This document shows, in pieces, positions 1 to 12,300 of a stretch of DNA of 64,000 bases. How positions within the stretch are numbered: the first letter of the stretch is position 1; every line of letters begins with the position of its first letter. Under the pieces are notes generated by a model. It was not told where the DNA came from. It saw only the letters and a program-made list of their open reading frames with translations, and did no database searches. Both the position numbers and the translations under genes were made by a program. This DNA comes from an uncultured Verrucomicrobiae bacterium (lineage in GTDB: Bacteria > Verrucomicrobiota > Verrucomicrobiia > Palsa-1439): NCBI GenBank assembly GCA_963812605.1, contig CAWEWF010000008.1, forward strand, positions 96,001-160,000, read 5' to 3'.

Positions 1-974
1 GGCGGCGAGGTCGGCGGCTTTGGTACTCCATGTTGTGAATATGTGACCGATGATCTTCGGGTTGTCGTGTAGGGCCCGGCAATACTCGATCAATGCTTCT
101 GTGGCGGCAACGTCTCCCAGCTCGCCGGCAATACGCGAAAACCTTTGCTCGTGAGATATGGAATCGACGGATAAGCGTCCTGCTTGCTGTAATGCCACGG
201 ACATAGAATGATGTCCTTCGGGATGAGGTCGGCGGCGGGCGCAGTGCCGTTATGCGAGGCTTCCCATTCGCCGAGCTGGAGTTGCTTGCCGTCGATGAGG
301 CGGTCGGCCCACATCAACATCTGCACGTGGCATTGCCGGGTCAGGTGCGCGTAGTATTCGTTGATGGCTTTAGCGAGAATCTGCGCGGGATCTTTGCCTT
401 CGGTTGCCGGGGATTGTTTCGTGCCGAGCAGGAAAATCTCGTCCATGCCCACGTCCAGGGCGTCGGCCTGGAAGGCGTCGATGAGTTCGTCCATCAAGGG
501 GAAGATGATCTTGTTGACGCGCGGGTCGAGCGGATTCCATTCCCGGCAATAGAGGTCTTTGTTGCCGGGGAACGCGCCGGGGGTGAGATCGAGTTCGGGA
601 TACTTCGTGAGCAGGGGGTCGGTGTGCTCCTTCCACGATTGATGGCCGAGGCATTGAAATTCCGGGATGACACGGATGCCGTTCTTCCGGCACTTGGCCA
701 CGAACTGCCGCGCGCCGGCTACGGTGATCGGCGTGGCGTTGGCGCGGAGCTCGGGGTGCGACTTGTACTCGAAGTTGTAGTCGACTTCGAAGATGATGAC
801 GTTGATGCCCAGTTGGGCGAGCTGCGGGACTTGTTTGTCGAGCGTGACGAGATCGGCTTCGTGCCCGCAGAAGAGATGCACGGCGCGCCATTGATGATTG
901 GATGTTTGGGCGGCAACAGACCAACAAAGCATGAAGGTCAACGTCACGCAAGCGATTGCACGAAGGTGGCGCAT
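1..974 (-). CDS. Secreted family 20 glycoside hydrolase-like (hexosaminidase-like) protein; runs off the window edge, frameshift near 115
   Basis: Signal peptide MRHLRAIACV...SVAA; GIRVIPEFQCLGH and VGMDE (catalytic DE) motifs; after a 1-base shift the frame continues DVAATEALIEYC...IIGHIFTTWS to position 1. Confidence 0.75.
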
Positions 975-1038
975 GCCGAAAGGATAACATACCGGGAGGG
1001 AACCTGTCACGTGGTCGTGGCGTGAGTCGCCAGCAACG

Positions 1039-1125
1039 ATTCGAGTTGTGCGCGCGTACCTTCAGAAACCGTTCAGTCTACAAGACCTCGCCCAAAAAGT
1101 GAGGGACGCCATCAATGCCCTGTAG
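1039..1125 (+). pseudogene. C-terminal remnant of a response-regulator receiver domain
   Basis: Translates IRVVRAYLQKPFSLQDLAQKVRDAINAL*, the typical KPF-helix end of receiver domains; rest of domain absent. Confidence 0.6.
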
Positions 1126-1753
1126 TTCTAACTGCGGGGGCACAATCGCCTGCCCGATTAGACAGAGAAGGGATTTCGGAATGCCATTAGCGGTTGATAA
1201 CAACGGACAATCAAACGCGGTCGAGTCCGCCAGCAGCAACATAATCCATCATACCCTAGCGCGACGGGGGAACACCTCGAAGGGGCGGACCATGAGTCCA
1301 CCGCGGCTCCTCGGTCAAATCCCCCTTGGCCATCACTCCTCCTCCTTGTGGGAGGCAGCGTATCATAAGAAATCGGCATTTATGAGACGGCTTCTACACC
1401 GGCGACCTGACAGAAGTGCAATGGACACCTCTGTTCAAGTGTAAAGCTCACTGAAGACTCGTCCCGTCATTTTCCTTGCCTGTCTGGCGCTCGGGAATAC
1501 CACAACTACCCATCCCAGAATCATTTAGCGCCTGGCAATCAAGCAGCCAGCGAAGGTTCATATTGTGTGGCATAGAAGGCGCTCATATCCATGAATAATA
1601 ACGGAAACGTGATGTCCACGAGATACATAACGCATGAGTCATTTGTGCCCCGAGGGGGGCTTATTATTTCTCCATCGGTCATGGTGAAGTCTTCGTGCGC
1701 AGCCCGCAGTGTGGAGAAGTTTGCCGTAAATCAGACAAACGGGAATCTCTACC

Positions 1754-4700
1754 ATGAAGAATAACGATGTACGCAAGGGCCAATTGTCTGCTTGCCGGGT
1801 CAAAAGACGCACCCTGCCACTGCTGTTATTTTCACTCTTGTGCGCGGCGCTGGCAGGTCCGCAAGCGTTTGCCAATCCATCGCCCTCGATTAGTTCGCTG
1901 TCTCCTTCGGACACGAATCTTTGCGCCGGCGCGTTTACGCTAACGATGAACGGCTCCAGTTTTCAGAACGGCGCGACTGTGAGCTTCGGCGCGAACAATC
2001 GATCGACGACGTTTGTAAGCTCCAGCAAACTCACGGTCAGCATTCTGACGAACGATGTGGGTGCCGCAGGTAGTTTCACGGTCAAGATTACGAACCCGGA
2101 CGGTAAGACCGACAGCACAACCTTCACAGTCGACAAAGCCACGACTACCACCGCTGTGACGTCGTCGGCGAATCCCTCGTGTACTGGCAATCCGGTGAAT
2201 TTCACGGCGACAGTGAGCAGTCCAACCACATGTACCAATCTGACCGGAACTGTGCAATTCAAGATCGACGGTTCCAACTTTGGGACGGCGGTCACTCTCG
2301 CAAGCGGTAACGCCACCAGTGCGACGACCAATTCGCTTCCGCCGGGAAGCCATACGGTCACGGCCATATACAACGGTGACGGCAACTTCAACACCAGCAG
2401 CAATTCGGTTTCCGGCGGTCAGATTGTTACCGGCACCGTGGCGAGCAACAATGGTTCGATCTGTGCGGGCAGCACGTTGAATCTGACCGCTTCAACAGTC
2501 GCTGGCGCGACCTACAGTTGGACGGGTCCGAACGGTTTCAGCACCTCGGCGCAGAATCCCTCCATCGCCAACGCGACCACAGCAGCCTCCGGCATCTATA
2601 CTGTTGCGGTGACTGTGGCGGGTTGCACCCCGGTACCGGCAACCACTACCGCCACAGTCAACGCGATACCGGCAGCTCCAACGGCTGGCAATAGCGGCCC
2701 GATCTGTATGGGTAGCACATTGAACTTGACGGCCTCGACAGTTGCCGGTGCGACCTACAGTTGGACGGGTCCCAACAGCTTCAGTTCCTCGGCGCAGAAT
2801 CCCTCCATCGCCAACGCAACCACTGCGGCTTCCGGTATCTACAGTGTCGCGGTGACCGTGGTGGGTTGCACCTCGACCGCGGCTACGACCACCGTTACAG
2901 TCAATGCGATTCCGTCTGCACCCACTGCCGGGAACAATGGGCCAATCTGCGCCGGCAGTGCGTTGAACCTGACCGCCACGACTGTTTCCGGTGCGACCTA
3001 CAGCTGGACAGGTCCCAATAGCTTCAGTTCCTCAGCACAGAACCCTTCAATCCCCAGCGCCACCACTGCCGCCTCGGGTACTTACAGCGTCACCGTCACG
3101 GTCAACGGTTGCACTTCCGCGGCCGCAACAACCGCTGCGACGGTTAAGGCGATTCCGTCTGCACCGACGGCTGGCAACAATGGTCCGATCTGCGCGGGCA
3201 GTACGTTAAACCTGACCGCTTCGACTGTCGCTGGCGCGACCTATAGTTGGACGGGCCCCAACAGCTTCAGTTCTTCAGCCCAGAATCCTTCGATCCCCAG
3301 CGCCACCACTGCCGCCTCCGGCACCTACAACGTAACGGTCACGGTCAATGGCTGCACTTCCGCCGCCGCAACAACCATGCGACGGTCAATGCGAAACCGT
3401 CCTCGCCGACGGCTGGTAACAACGGTCCGATCTGCGCCGGCAGTACGTTGAACCTGACGGCCACGACTGTCGCCGGTGCGACCTACACCTGGACGGGTCC
3501 CAACAGCTTTAATTCTTCAGCGCAGAATCCTTCGATCAACAATGCGACCACGGCGGCCTCGGGCACCTATAGCGTAACCGTGACCGTGAACGGCTGCACC
3601 TCGACAGCGGGCACCACAACCGCGACGGTCAATGCGATCCCGGCCGCACCCACTGCGGGTAACAACGGCCCGATCTGCGCGGGCAGTACGTTAAACCTGA
3701 CCGCTTCGACTGTCGCTGGCGCGACCTATAGTTGGACGGGTCCCAACAGCTTCAGTTCTTCAGCCCAGAATCCTTCGATCAACAATGCGACCACGGCGGC
3801 TTCCGGCACCTATAGCGTGACGGTGACTGTGAACGGCTGCACTTCAGCCGCGGGCACCACCGCCGCAACAGTCAACGCGATTCCAGCCACACCGACGGCT
3901 GGCAACAGTGGCCCGATTTGCGAGGGCAGCACGTTGAACCTGACCGCTTCCACGATCGCCGGCGCAACCTATAGCTGGACCGGACCGAACAGCTTTAGCT
4001 CTTCAGGGCAGAATCCTTCGATCAACAACGCGACCACGGCAGCTTCCGGCACCTATAGCGTAACCGTGACCGTGAACGGCTGCACCTCGACAGCGGGCAG
4101 CACAACCGCGACGGTCAATGCGATCCCGGCCGCACCCACTGCGGGTAACAACGGCCCGATCTGCGCGGGCAGTACGTTAAACCTAACCGCCACGACTGTT
4201 GCCGGCGCTACCTACAGTTGGACGGGCCCTAATGGGTTTACCTCGGCTGATCAGAACCCGTCGATTTCGAATGTAACCGCATCAGCCTCCGGGTCCTATA
4301 GCGTGAGCGTGACCGTTAACGGCTGCCCCTCGACCGCGGCTACGACCATTGCGACTATCAACAGCGTGCCAGTCATCACCGGGCAAACATCCGGGGCGAC
4401 CAATTGCGTCGGCCAGATGATCGCGTTCTCTGTGACAGCCAGCGGGGACGGACTGACCTACCAGTGGAGCAAGGATGGAAACGGCATCGACGGCGCGACC
4501 AACAGCAGCTATGCGATTGCATCGGTCAGTAGCGGCGACGCCGGCAGCTACGACTGCGTCGTGAGCGGTACTTGCAGCCCAACTCTCACCTCGGGTCCCA
4601 TGATACTTACGGTCAGTCCCGCCGCGATTGGCGGGGCGGCGACGGTCACGGCAGCGAGTGTTTGCAGCGGCGACAGCATGACGATCACGCTGTCGGGCTA

Positions 4701-7700
4701 TCTGGGCTCGATTCAGTGGCAGTCCTCGACCGACAACGTGACGTTCGCTGATATCAGCAGTGCCACCAATGAAACATTGAGCACAGGGCCGGTGGTCATG
4801 GCGCTGTATTTCCAAGCGGTTGTCACCAGCAGCCCTTGCAGCTCGGCGACTTCCAGCGTGGCGGTGGTGACGGTGAACACCACGGCACCCCGGGTCAGTG
4901 CGGGGCCGATCGGCACGAATGTTTGTGAGGGCAGTACGACGACCTTCTCCGTGGCGGCGACCGGCAACGGTTCGCTCGGCTATGCGTGGCGCAAGCGCGG
5001 CACCGGCTGGGCCAACGGCTGGACCTTGAATGCCGGCGATGGCGGCTTCTTCACCGCCAGTTCGACCGGGAATGACAATGCGCAGGCGGCCTCCAATAGT
5101 GGGCAGGACATCGACACGGGCGGCAGCGCCTGGGGCTTGTCCAATGCCGGGCCAAATGTGACGGAAGCGCTACGCCTGTTCGATGCGCCCCTGTCGGTGG
5201 GCCAGACTTTCGCGATTGATATGGACAACGGCGCCAGCGTCGTGGGAACGGTCGGATTCGGGCTGCAGGATTCCAGCAGCGGGTCGAACCGGTTGGAGGT
5301 TTACTTTGTCGGCGGTCGGAGCAACTACACGATCAACGACGCCAACGGCGAGCACGACAGCGGTGTGCCGTTCACGTGGGCGGGATCAATGTGCAGGTGC
5401 GCCTGACCAGCACCAACACCTACGCGGTGACCATCACCCGTTACATCGATGGGCAGAGCGGCAGTTTCGCGGGCACCCTGAACAACGCCGGTGTGGTGGA
5501 TCGCCTGCGGCTGTTCGACGCCAACGGCGCGGGTGGCCCCAATAACGATCTGTATTTCAACAGCCTCCGAGTGGCTTCGGCTGATGACAACGCCGCGGAT
5601 GCAGCCTACAGCAGCGGCTGGTCCAATGGCGCAAATGGCGGCCAGGTGCCGTTGGTTGATGGCGGTGATGTCGTCGGGTCGGGCACGTCCACACTAACGA
5701 TCTCACCCGCCGCCATGGCAGACGGCGGCTCCTATGATGTTTCGGTGGTCGATGGCTGCGGCCTGGTCGCGATTTCCAGCGCAGCAGGATTGACGGTGAA
5801 CCCGAACCCGACGGCGTTCAACCTGACGGGCGGCGGTTCGTACTGCAACGGTGGCAGCGGAGTGCTGGTTGGGTTGGATGGCTCACAATCGAATGTCAAC
5901 TATCAGTTGGAGCTGAACAACGTCAACACCGGTTCGCCGGTGACGGGCACGGGCGACGCGCTCTCGTTTGGCAACCAGACAACGGCGGGCGCGTACACGG
6001 TGGTCGCGACGGATGCCGGCACCGGTTGCACTACATCGATGAGCGGCAGCGCGGTGGTCACGATCAACCCCTTGCCGACGGTATTCAATGTAACGGGCGG
6101 TGGAACGTATTGCTCGGGTGGCAGCGGAGGGCTGGTTGGGTTGGATGGTTCGCAGCCCAACGTCAACTATCAGTTGCAGCTTAACAACGTCAACGACGGT
6201 TCGCCGGTGACGGGCACGGGCAGCGCTCTGTCGTTTGGTAATCAAACAGCAGCGGGCGTGTACACCGTGGTGGCCAGTGATGGCACGACGGGCTGCACTT
6301 CATCGATGGCCGGTAGCGCGACGGTCACAATCAATCCGACCCCGAGTTGCACGGTCAGTCCGACTAGCGCAACGATCTGCGCTGGTGGGTCCCAGACCTT
6401 CACGGTAAACCCGAGTGGCGGCACGCCGGGTTACACCTATCTCTGGAGCGACCGCACAACGGGAATGAGCATCACCACGAATGCAGCCGGCACGTACTCT
6501 GTGACCGTGACGGATTCCGACGGCTGCACAACGACGTGTAGTGTGACCCTGACGGTCAATCCGCTCCCAGTGGCCTTCAATGTGACCGGCGGCGGAGCGT
6601 ATTGCGCAGGCGGCAGCGGAGTAACGGTTGGGCTGGATGGTTCGCAGTCCGGGGTCAATTACCAGTTGCAGATCAACGCTGTCGACACCGGCTCGCCCGT
6701 CTCTGGCACGGGTGTCGCACTGTCCTTTGGCAACCAGACGGGAACAGGCACGTACACCGTGGTGGCCATCGACGGTACCCACCGGCTGCACCTCGTCGAT
6801 GACCGGGAGCACGACCGTCACGATCAATCCGACGCCGAACGTCACCAGCGGACCGAATCCGCAAGCAGTCTGCGCGAGTGGTAATGCCAACTTCGCGATC
6901 ACAGCCAGCGGTACTGGTTTGAGCTATCAGTGGCGTGAGAACGGGTCACCGATCAGCGACGGCGGCACCATCGGCGGTTCGACCACAACGAATCTGGTGC
7001 TCACCGGCGTGGCGACGGGCGATTCCGGCAACAGCTTTGATTGCGTGGTCAGCGGCACGTGCAGTCCGCCGGCGACCTCCAGCGCGGCGACCTTGACGGT
7101 GAATGCCGGCGCGGTCGGCGGCAGCGCGGCGGCGACACTGACCAGCCTTTGCCTTGGCGACGGCACGACCGTCACGCTGTCCGGCAGCACCGGAGATATC
7201 CAATGGCAGTCCTCAACGGACAACGTGGTGTACGCCAACATCAGCGGTGCGACCAACACGACGGTGAACATCGGAGCGCTGCTGGCAACGACCTACTTCC
7301 AGGCTTTGCTGAGCAGTCCGTGCAGCTCGGCGACTTCCAGCGTGGCCACCGTCTCGGTCAACACCACCGCGCCCAGTATCAGTGCGGAGCCGGCCAGCAC
7401 GAATGTTTGCCAGGGCGGCACCGCGAGCTTCTCGGTCAGCGCCACCGGTAACGGCACGCTGGGTTATGCCTGGCGCAAGCGGGGCACCGGCTGGGCCAAC
7501 GGCTGGAGCTTGAATAGCGGCGATGGCGGCTTCTTTACCGCCAGTTCCACCGGCAATGACAATTCCCAGCCGGCCTCCAATGGCGGGCAGGACATTAACA
7601 CCGGCGGTATCGCCTGGGGCATGTTCAATACCGGGCCGGGTGTGACCGAAGCACTCCGGCAGTTCAATGCGCCTTTGCCCGTGGGCCAGACTTTCGCGAT

Positions 7701-10230
7701 GGACATGGACAACGGCGCCAGCGTCGTGGGAACGGTCGGATTCGGGCTGCAGGATTCCAGCAGCGGGTCGAACCGGTTGGAGGTCTACTTCGTCGGGGGC
7801 CGCAGCGATTACACGATCAACGACGCCAACGGCGAACACGACAGCGGTGTGCCGTTCATGTGGGCCGGGATCAATGTGCAGGTGCGCCTGACCAGCACCA
7901 ACACTTACGCGGTGACCATCACCCGTTACATCGACGGACAGAGCGGCAGTTTCGCGGGCACGCTGAACAACGTCGGTGTGGTGGATCGCCTGCGGCTGTT
8001 CGACGCCAACGGCGCAGGTGGCTCCGCCAACGATCTGTACTTCAACAGTCTGCGAGTGGCTTCGGCTGATGACAACGCTGCGGACGCGGCCTACAGTGGT
8101 GGGTGGACCGATGGCGCAAATGGCGGCCAGATGCCGTTGGTTGATGGCGGCGATGTCGTCGGGTCGGGCACGTCCATACTAACGATCTCACCCGCCGCCA
8201 TGGCGGACAGCGGCTCCTATGATGTTTCGGTGGTCGATGGCTGCGGCCTGGTCACGATTTCCAGTGCAGCAGGATTGACGGTGAACCCGAACCCGACGGC
8301 GTTCAACCTGACGGGCGGCGGCGCGTATTGCGACGGTGGCAGTGGAGTGCTGGTTGGGTTGGATGGCTCACAATCGAATGTCAACTATCAGTTGGAGCTT
8401 AACAACGTCAACACGAGTTCACCGGTGACGGGCACGGGCAGCGCCCTGTCGTTTGGTAATCAAACAGCAGCGGGTGCGTACACCGTGGTGGCCAGCGATA
8501 GCACAACGGGTTGCATCTCGACCATGAGCGGCGGTGCGACCGTCACGATCAATCCAGTACCGACGGTGTTCAATGTTACGGGCGGTGGAACGTATTGCGC
8601 GGGTGGCAGCGGAGAGCTGGTTGGGTTGGATGGCTCACAATCGAATGTCAACTATCAGTTGGAGCTTAACAACGTCAACACGGGTTCACCGGTGACGGGC
8701 ACGGGCAGCGCCCTGTCGTTTGGTAATCAAACAGCAGCGGGTGCGTACACCGTGGTGGCCAGCGATAGCACAACGGGTTGCATCTCGACCATGAGCGGCG
8801 GTGCGACCGTCACGATCAATCCAGTACCGACGGTGTTCAATATTACGGGCGGTGGCACGTATTGCGCGGGTGGCAGTGGAATGCTGATTGGATTGGATGG
8901 TTCGCAATCGAACGTCAACTATCAGTTGCAACTGAACAACGTCGCCACCAGCTCGCCGGTGGCGGGCACGGGCAGCGCCCTGTCGTTTGGCAACGAAACA
9001 GCGGCGGGTACGTACACGGTGGTCGCGACGGATGCCAGCACCGGCTGTGCCTCGTCGATGGCCAGCAGCGCTACGGTCGCGATCAATCCCTTGCCGACGG
9101 CATTCAATATCACCGGCGGTGGCGCCTATTGTGCGGGTGGTGGCGGGGTACCAGTCGGGTTGGATGGGTCGCAGTCCGGGGTCAACTATCAGTTGCAACG
9201 CGACAATGTCAATACCGGCTCACCTGTCCCTGGCACCAGAAGCGCACTGTCATTTGGCAACCAGACGGCAGTGGGTACGTACGCGGTGGTGGCCACGGAT
9301 GGCGGGACGGGTTGCATCTCGACGATGGGCGGCAGCGCGACCGTCACAATCAATCCGACCCCGAGTTGCACGGTCAGTCCGACTAGCGCAACGATCTGCG
9401 CTGGTGGGTCCCAGACCTTCACGGTAAACCCGGGCGGCGGCACGCCGGGTTACACCTATCTCTGGAGCGACCGCACAACAGGATTGAGCATCACCACGAA
9501 CGCAGCCGGCACATACTCTGTGACCATGACGAATTCCGACGGCTGCACAACGACGTGTAGTGTGACCCTGACGGTCAATCCGCTCCCAGTGGCCTTCAAT
9601 GTGACCGGCGGCGGAGCGTATTGCGCAGGCGGCAGCGGAGTAACGGTTGGGCTGGATGGTTCGCAGTCCGGGATCAATTACCAACTGCAGATCAACGCTG
9701 TCGACACCGGCTCGCCTGTCGCTGGCACGGGTGCCGCACTGTCCTTCGGGAACCAAACGGGCGTCGGTACCTACACGGTCGTGGCCACCGATGGCACGAC
9801 GGGTTGCATTTCATCGATGACTGGTAGCGCGACGGTTTCATTCACCGATCCATTCCCATGCTGGCAATTGCAGTACTTTGGCTGCACCAACTGCCCGCAG
9901 GCGGATGCAGCGGCAGATCCCGATGGCGATGGCCAGAACAACCTGGCGGAGTTTCTCGCGGGCACCGACCCGACCAACAGCGCGTCGGTATTGCGCATTA
10001 TCTCGGTGGTGCCGCAGGGCTCCGACCTGACGATTACCTGGACGACTGCCGGCGGGCACACCAATGCGCTGCAGGCTACGGTGGGTAACCCCGGTTACAA
10101 CACCAACTTCGCGGATATTAGCGACCCGATCATCATCACCGGCAGTGGGGACGCGACAACCAACTACATGGATCTTGGTGGAGTGACCAATGCGCCGGCG
10201 CGGTTCTATCGAGTGCGGCTGGTGCCGTAG
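1754..10230 (+). CDS. Giant (~2,800 aa) secreted Ig-like repeat surface protein (IPT/TIG, Big_3-like, tandem GNNGPICAG repeats, Ig domains, C-terminal DxDGDG + RFYRV domain); three frameshifts (~3378, ~5380, ~6779)
   Basis: ORFs 1754-3451, 3247-5406, 5376-6884 and 6628-10230 join into one repeat array; each break is a 1-base indel relative to a sister repeat copy; N-terminal signal peptide; ends ARFYRVRLVP. Confidence 0.85.
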
Positions 10231-10257
10231 TGGTGGCGGCTAGCCAGGCTAGGATTA

Positions 10258-10428
10258 TTAACGAACACACCGATCACATCGATTGGCGTGCACCGGACAT
10301 CCGTGCTTCCGTTCCTTGTGTCCAGGTTTCCCGTGGCAGACGTGAAGGAAATATTTCCATTCACGCCGGCAGATGGCGACACGGCAATGCCGTCGCCGCA
10401 GTGTTTTTATTCGACGGGCGTTCTTCAT
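10258..10428 (-). CDS. Small basic Cys/His-rich protein (56 aa), possible Zn-binding
   Basis: ATGA overlap with the nuclease stop, GGAGG Shine-Dalgarno upstream; MKNARRIKTLRRRHCRVAICRREWKYFLHVCHGKPGHKERKHGCPVHANRCDRCVR, ends TAA TAA. Confidence 0.5.
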   Translation of the reverse strand: MKNARRIKTLRRRHCRVAICRREWKYFLHVCHGKPGHKERKHGCPVHANRCDRCVR

Positions 10429-11138
10429 ATTGTTGCCTCCGTAGCGAGTTGGATCAGGTCCTTCAGTCGCTGACAGTCTTTGCAGTCACTACGACCTGCC
10501 GGGGGCTCCGACATATTCGCGATCTGGCGCACCTTGGCCAGCAGCGGCAGGATGCCTTTCGCGTGGAGTTCTACCGGCACGATCTTGGCAGCGAAATTCA
10601 TCGAGAACCCATTGTTGCGGTACAGAGCGAGCGGATTGCTATTGTCGAGTGGCTGTGGTTCACAATAAATCAACCACAGCGACGAGACCCGTCCCAGGCC
10701 AAGCTGCTCGGTGATCGTCGCGTAGCCGTTTAACTGCGCGTGATACAGCGGCAAGAGCGCGTCCGCGTTCTCGGTGTATTTCGCAGTTTTGTAATCCAGG
10801 ATGCTGATGCTGCCGTCGGAGCAACGTGTCATTTCGTCTGGGGCGCCCACCAGCAATATGTCGGTGGCTTCATCCAGCCACCCGAATTTTGACCAGTGCG
10901 GTACTGCCAGGGGTGTACCCAAGTCGGGCGGCAACCAAGACGGAAGGTGGCTGTGTGCCGCAAAATGAGCGGCGACGACGCGCTTAACATGGCTGTCCAG
11001 CGTACTGAAAATCCCCGGGAAAAAAGTGAATGGCATTCGCCACCCGCACCGCAGTTGAAGCCAGAAGCACCGCGCACAGAAGTTCGGCATGGCCAACTCC
11101 CCAAGATGTTTAGCCGAGATGCGAATTGGTTGGTTCAT
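10425..11138 (-). CDS. PD-(D/E)XK nuclease, RecB/Cas4-like
   Basis: GAPDE...ILDYKT and QLNGY motifs; N-terminal CARC and C-terminal CKDC; GGAGG RBS. Confidence 0.8.
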   Translation of the reverse strand: MNQPIRISAKHLGELAMPNFCARCFWLQLRCGWRMPFTFFPGIFSTLDSHVKRVVAAHFAAHSHLPSWLPPDLGTPLAVPHWSKFGWLDEATDILLVGAPDEMTRCSDGSISILDYKTAKYTENADALLPLYHAQLNGYATITEQLGLGRVSSLWLIYCEPQPLDNSNPLALYRNNGFSMNFAAKIVPVELHAKGILPLLAKVRQIANMSEPPAGRSDCKDCQRLKDLIQLATEATI

Positions 11139-11274
11139 CGTTCGCCCTCCGCCGCGGCCTGCAGCAGCCGGTCATTCAGCACTTGGGAGATTCGGCTGGG
11201 ATCCCGTCAGCCGCGGCGCCGAAAGGCTTGGCGACCTGCTTGAGATCCGTTGAGAGCGTGTAGCGACCGCACAT
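11135..11274 (-). pseudogene. N-terminal fragment of SRAP (SOS response-associated peptidase) joined to the tail of an HTH-like gene
   Basis: ATG at 11274 gives MCGRYTLSTDLKQVAKPFG (SRAP signature) then an early stop; another frame gives DPSRISQVLNDRLLQAAAEGER* overlapping the nuclease ATG. Confidence 0.6.
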
Positions 11275-11520
11275 ACTGCGATTGTTGTCCCGCCGCCGAA
11301 GAATTTCAAGCGGACAACGGCTTTGCTCGCTCGTCCACTGAATATTCCTCCGGCAGGCACGAGGCACGGTTCAGTCGCCGAGTCCCGGTCACGGCGATTC
11401 GCTGGAGGAGTTCAAGCCGTGTCGCCACCGGCACTTCCTGCCATGCCGGCATTCTCTCCAGGGTCAGTGCTTCGTCCCGACGAACCAGCAGACCCCAGTG
11501 CAACGGCACCTCGTGAACCT

Positions 11521-12300
11521 TTAGAATTCCGTCCTCGACAACCAGGAAGCAGAGGTTCGCGCACTGGTAGCGCGCGACCTTGTCGAACTTGGTCTTGCCA
11601 TATAGCCCACGAGCATCTCAAGGCCGCCTTCATCGAGCTTGGGCCAGCCGTCGCTCGCCGTCCTGAATGTGATCCCCTTTGGCGGGCGCGCATCGCCGAG
11701 CATTTCTTTCAGGCGTTTTTGAATCCGTCGGCCCGTATCTTCCAGCGCCAGTACCAGTATCTCATGAATCCTGTCGCTCGCCTTCGGGCCGAGATTCAGC
11801 GCCCCGGCGGCAGCAAAGGTGATGCTCAGAATTAAATAACTTTTCCCCAATTTGGGCGGTCCTGCCACAACGGCCGTGCCCCGGTCGGGTAATACGAGTT
11901 CAATGACCCAAGTCACGGGTTCAAATGTTTCATCGTAAATCTCCTCAGCCGACCAGAAGCGCCCGCCGTCTTGTGCGACGGGTACCAGCGCAGCCGAGGG
12001 GCTGGTGAAGCTCGGTGCGACGCCCACGCTGTTGGAATCGAGCCAGAGGAGCTTCTGCCAGGCGCCATCTTTGTCGACACGACGAGAGCCAGGAAGTCGG
12101 CACGGCTGACTGGCGGTGAACATCTCCGTATCAAATCCCCACGCGGAAACTATAGTTTTAAGTTCGGCAACAACCTCCTCGGATGGATAATCGAACCAGG
12201 CGTGCAAGCTTTTGCCTGCCGTGTTCACGATCGCTCGCAGGCGCATGAATCGTCTGCAGCATTTATAAACAGCGAGCACCTGTTCGTGCGTGGCGTTGTC
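11521..12300 (-). pseudogene. Truncated primase / AAA_25 (RepA-like) helicase of phage or plasmid type
   Basis: TAGKSLHAWF and SQPCRLPG primase-type motifs, then Walker A AGPPKLGKSY and LALED; 5' end replaced by IS630 sequence, 3' end decays. Confidence 0.7.

Noticed and set aside
1256-1345. 25-aa minus-strand ORF with a strong AAGGAGGAGG RBS (MAKGDLTEEPRW...)
   Set aside because: Too short, no recognisable motif, no supporting context
1568-1583. Sigma54 promoter upstream of the giant protein (TGGCAT-N5-GCGCT)
   Set aside because: GG/GC spacing fits but the TT before GC is missing; too weak to call
2440-9800. CRISPR array or DGR template/variable repeats
   Set aside because: Repeats are in-frame protein repeats without unique spacers; differences between copies are not adenine-specific and no reverse transcriptase is present
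10425-11138. CRISPR-Cas adaptation module
   Set aside because: No cas1, cas2 or array in the window
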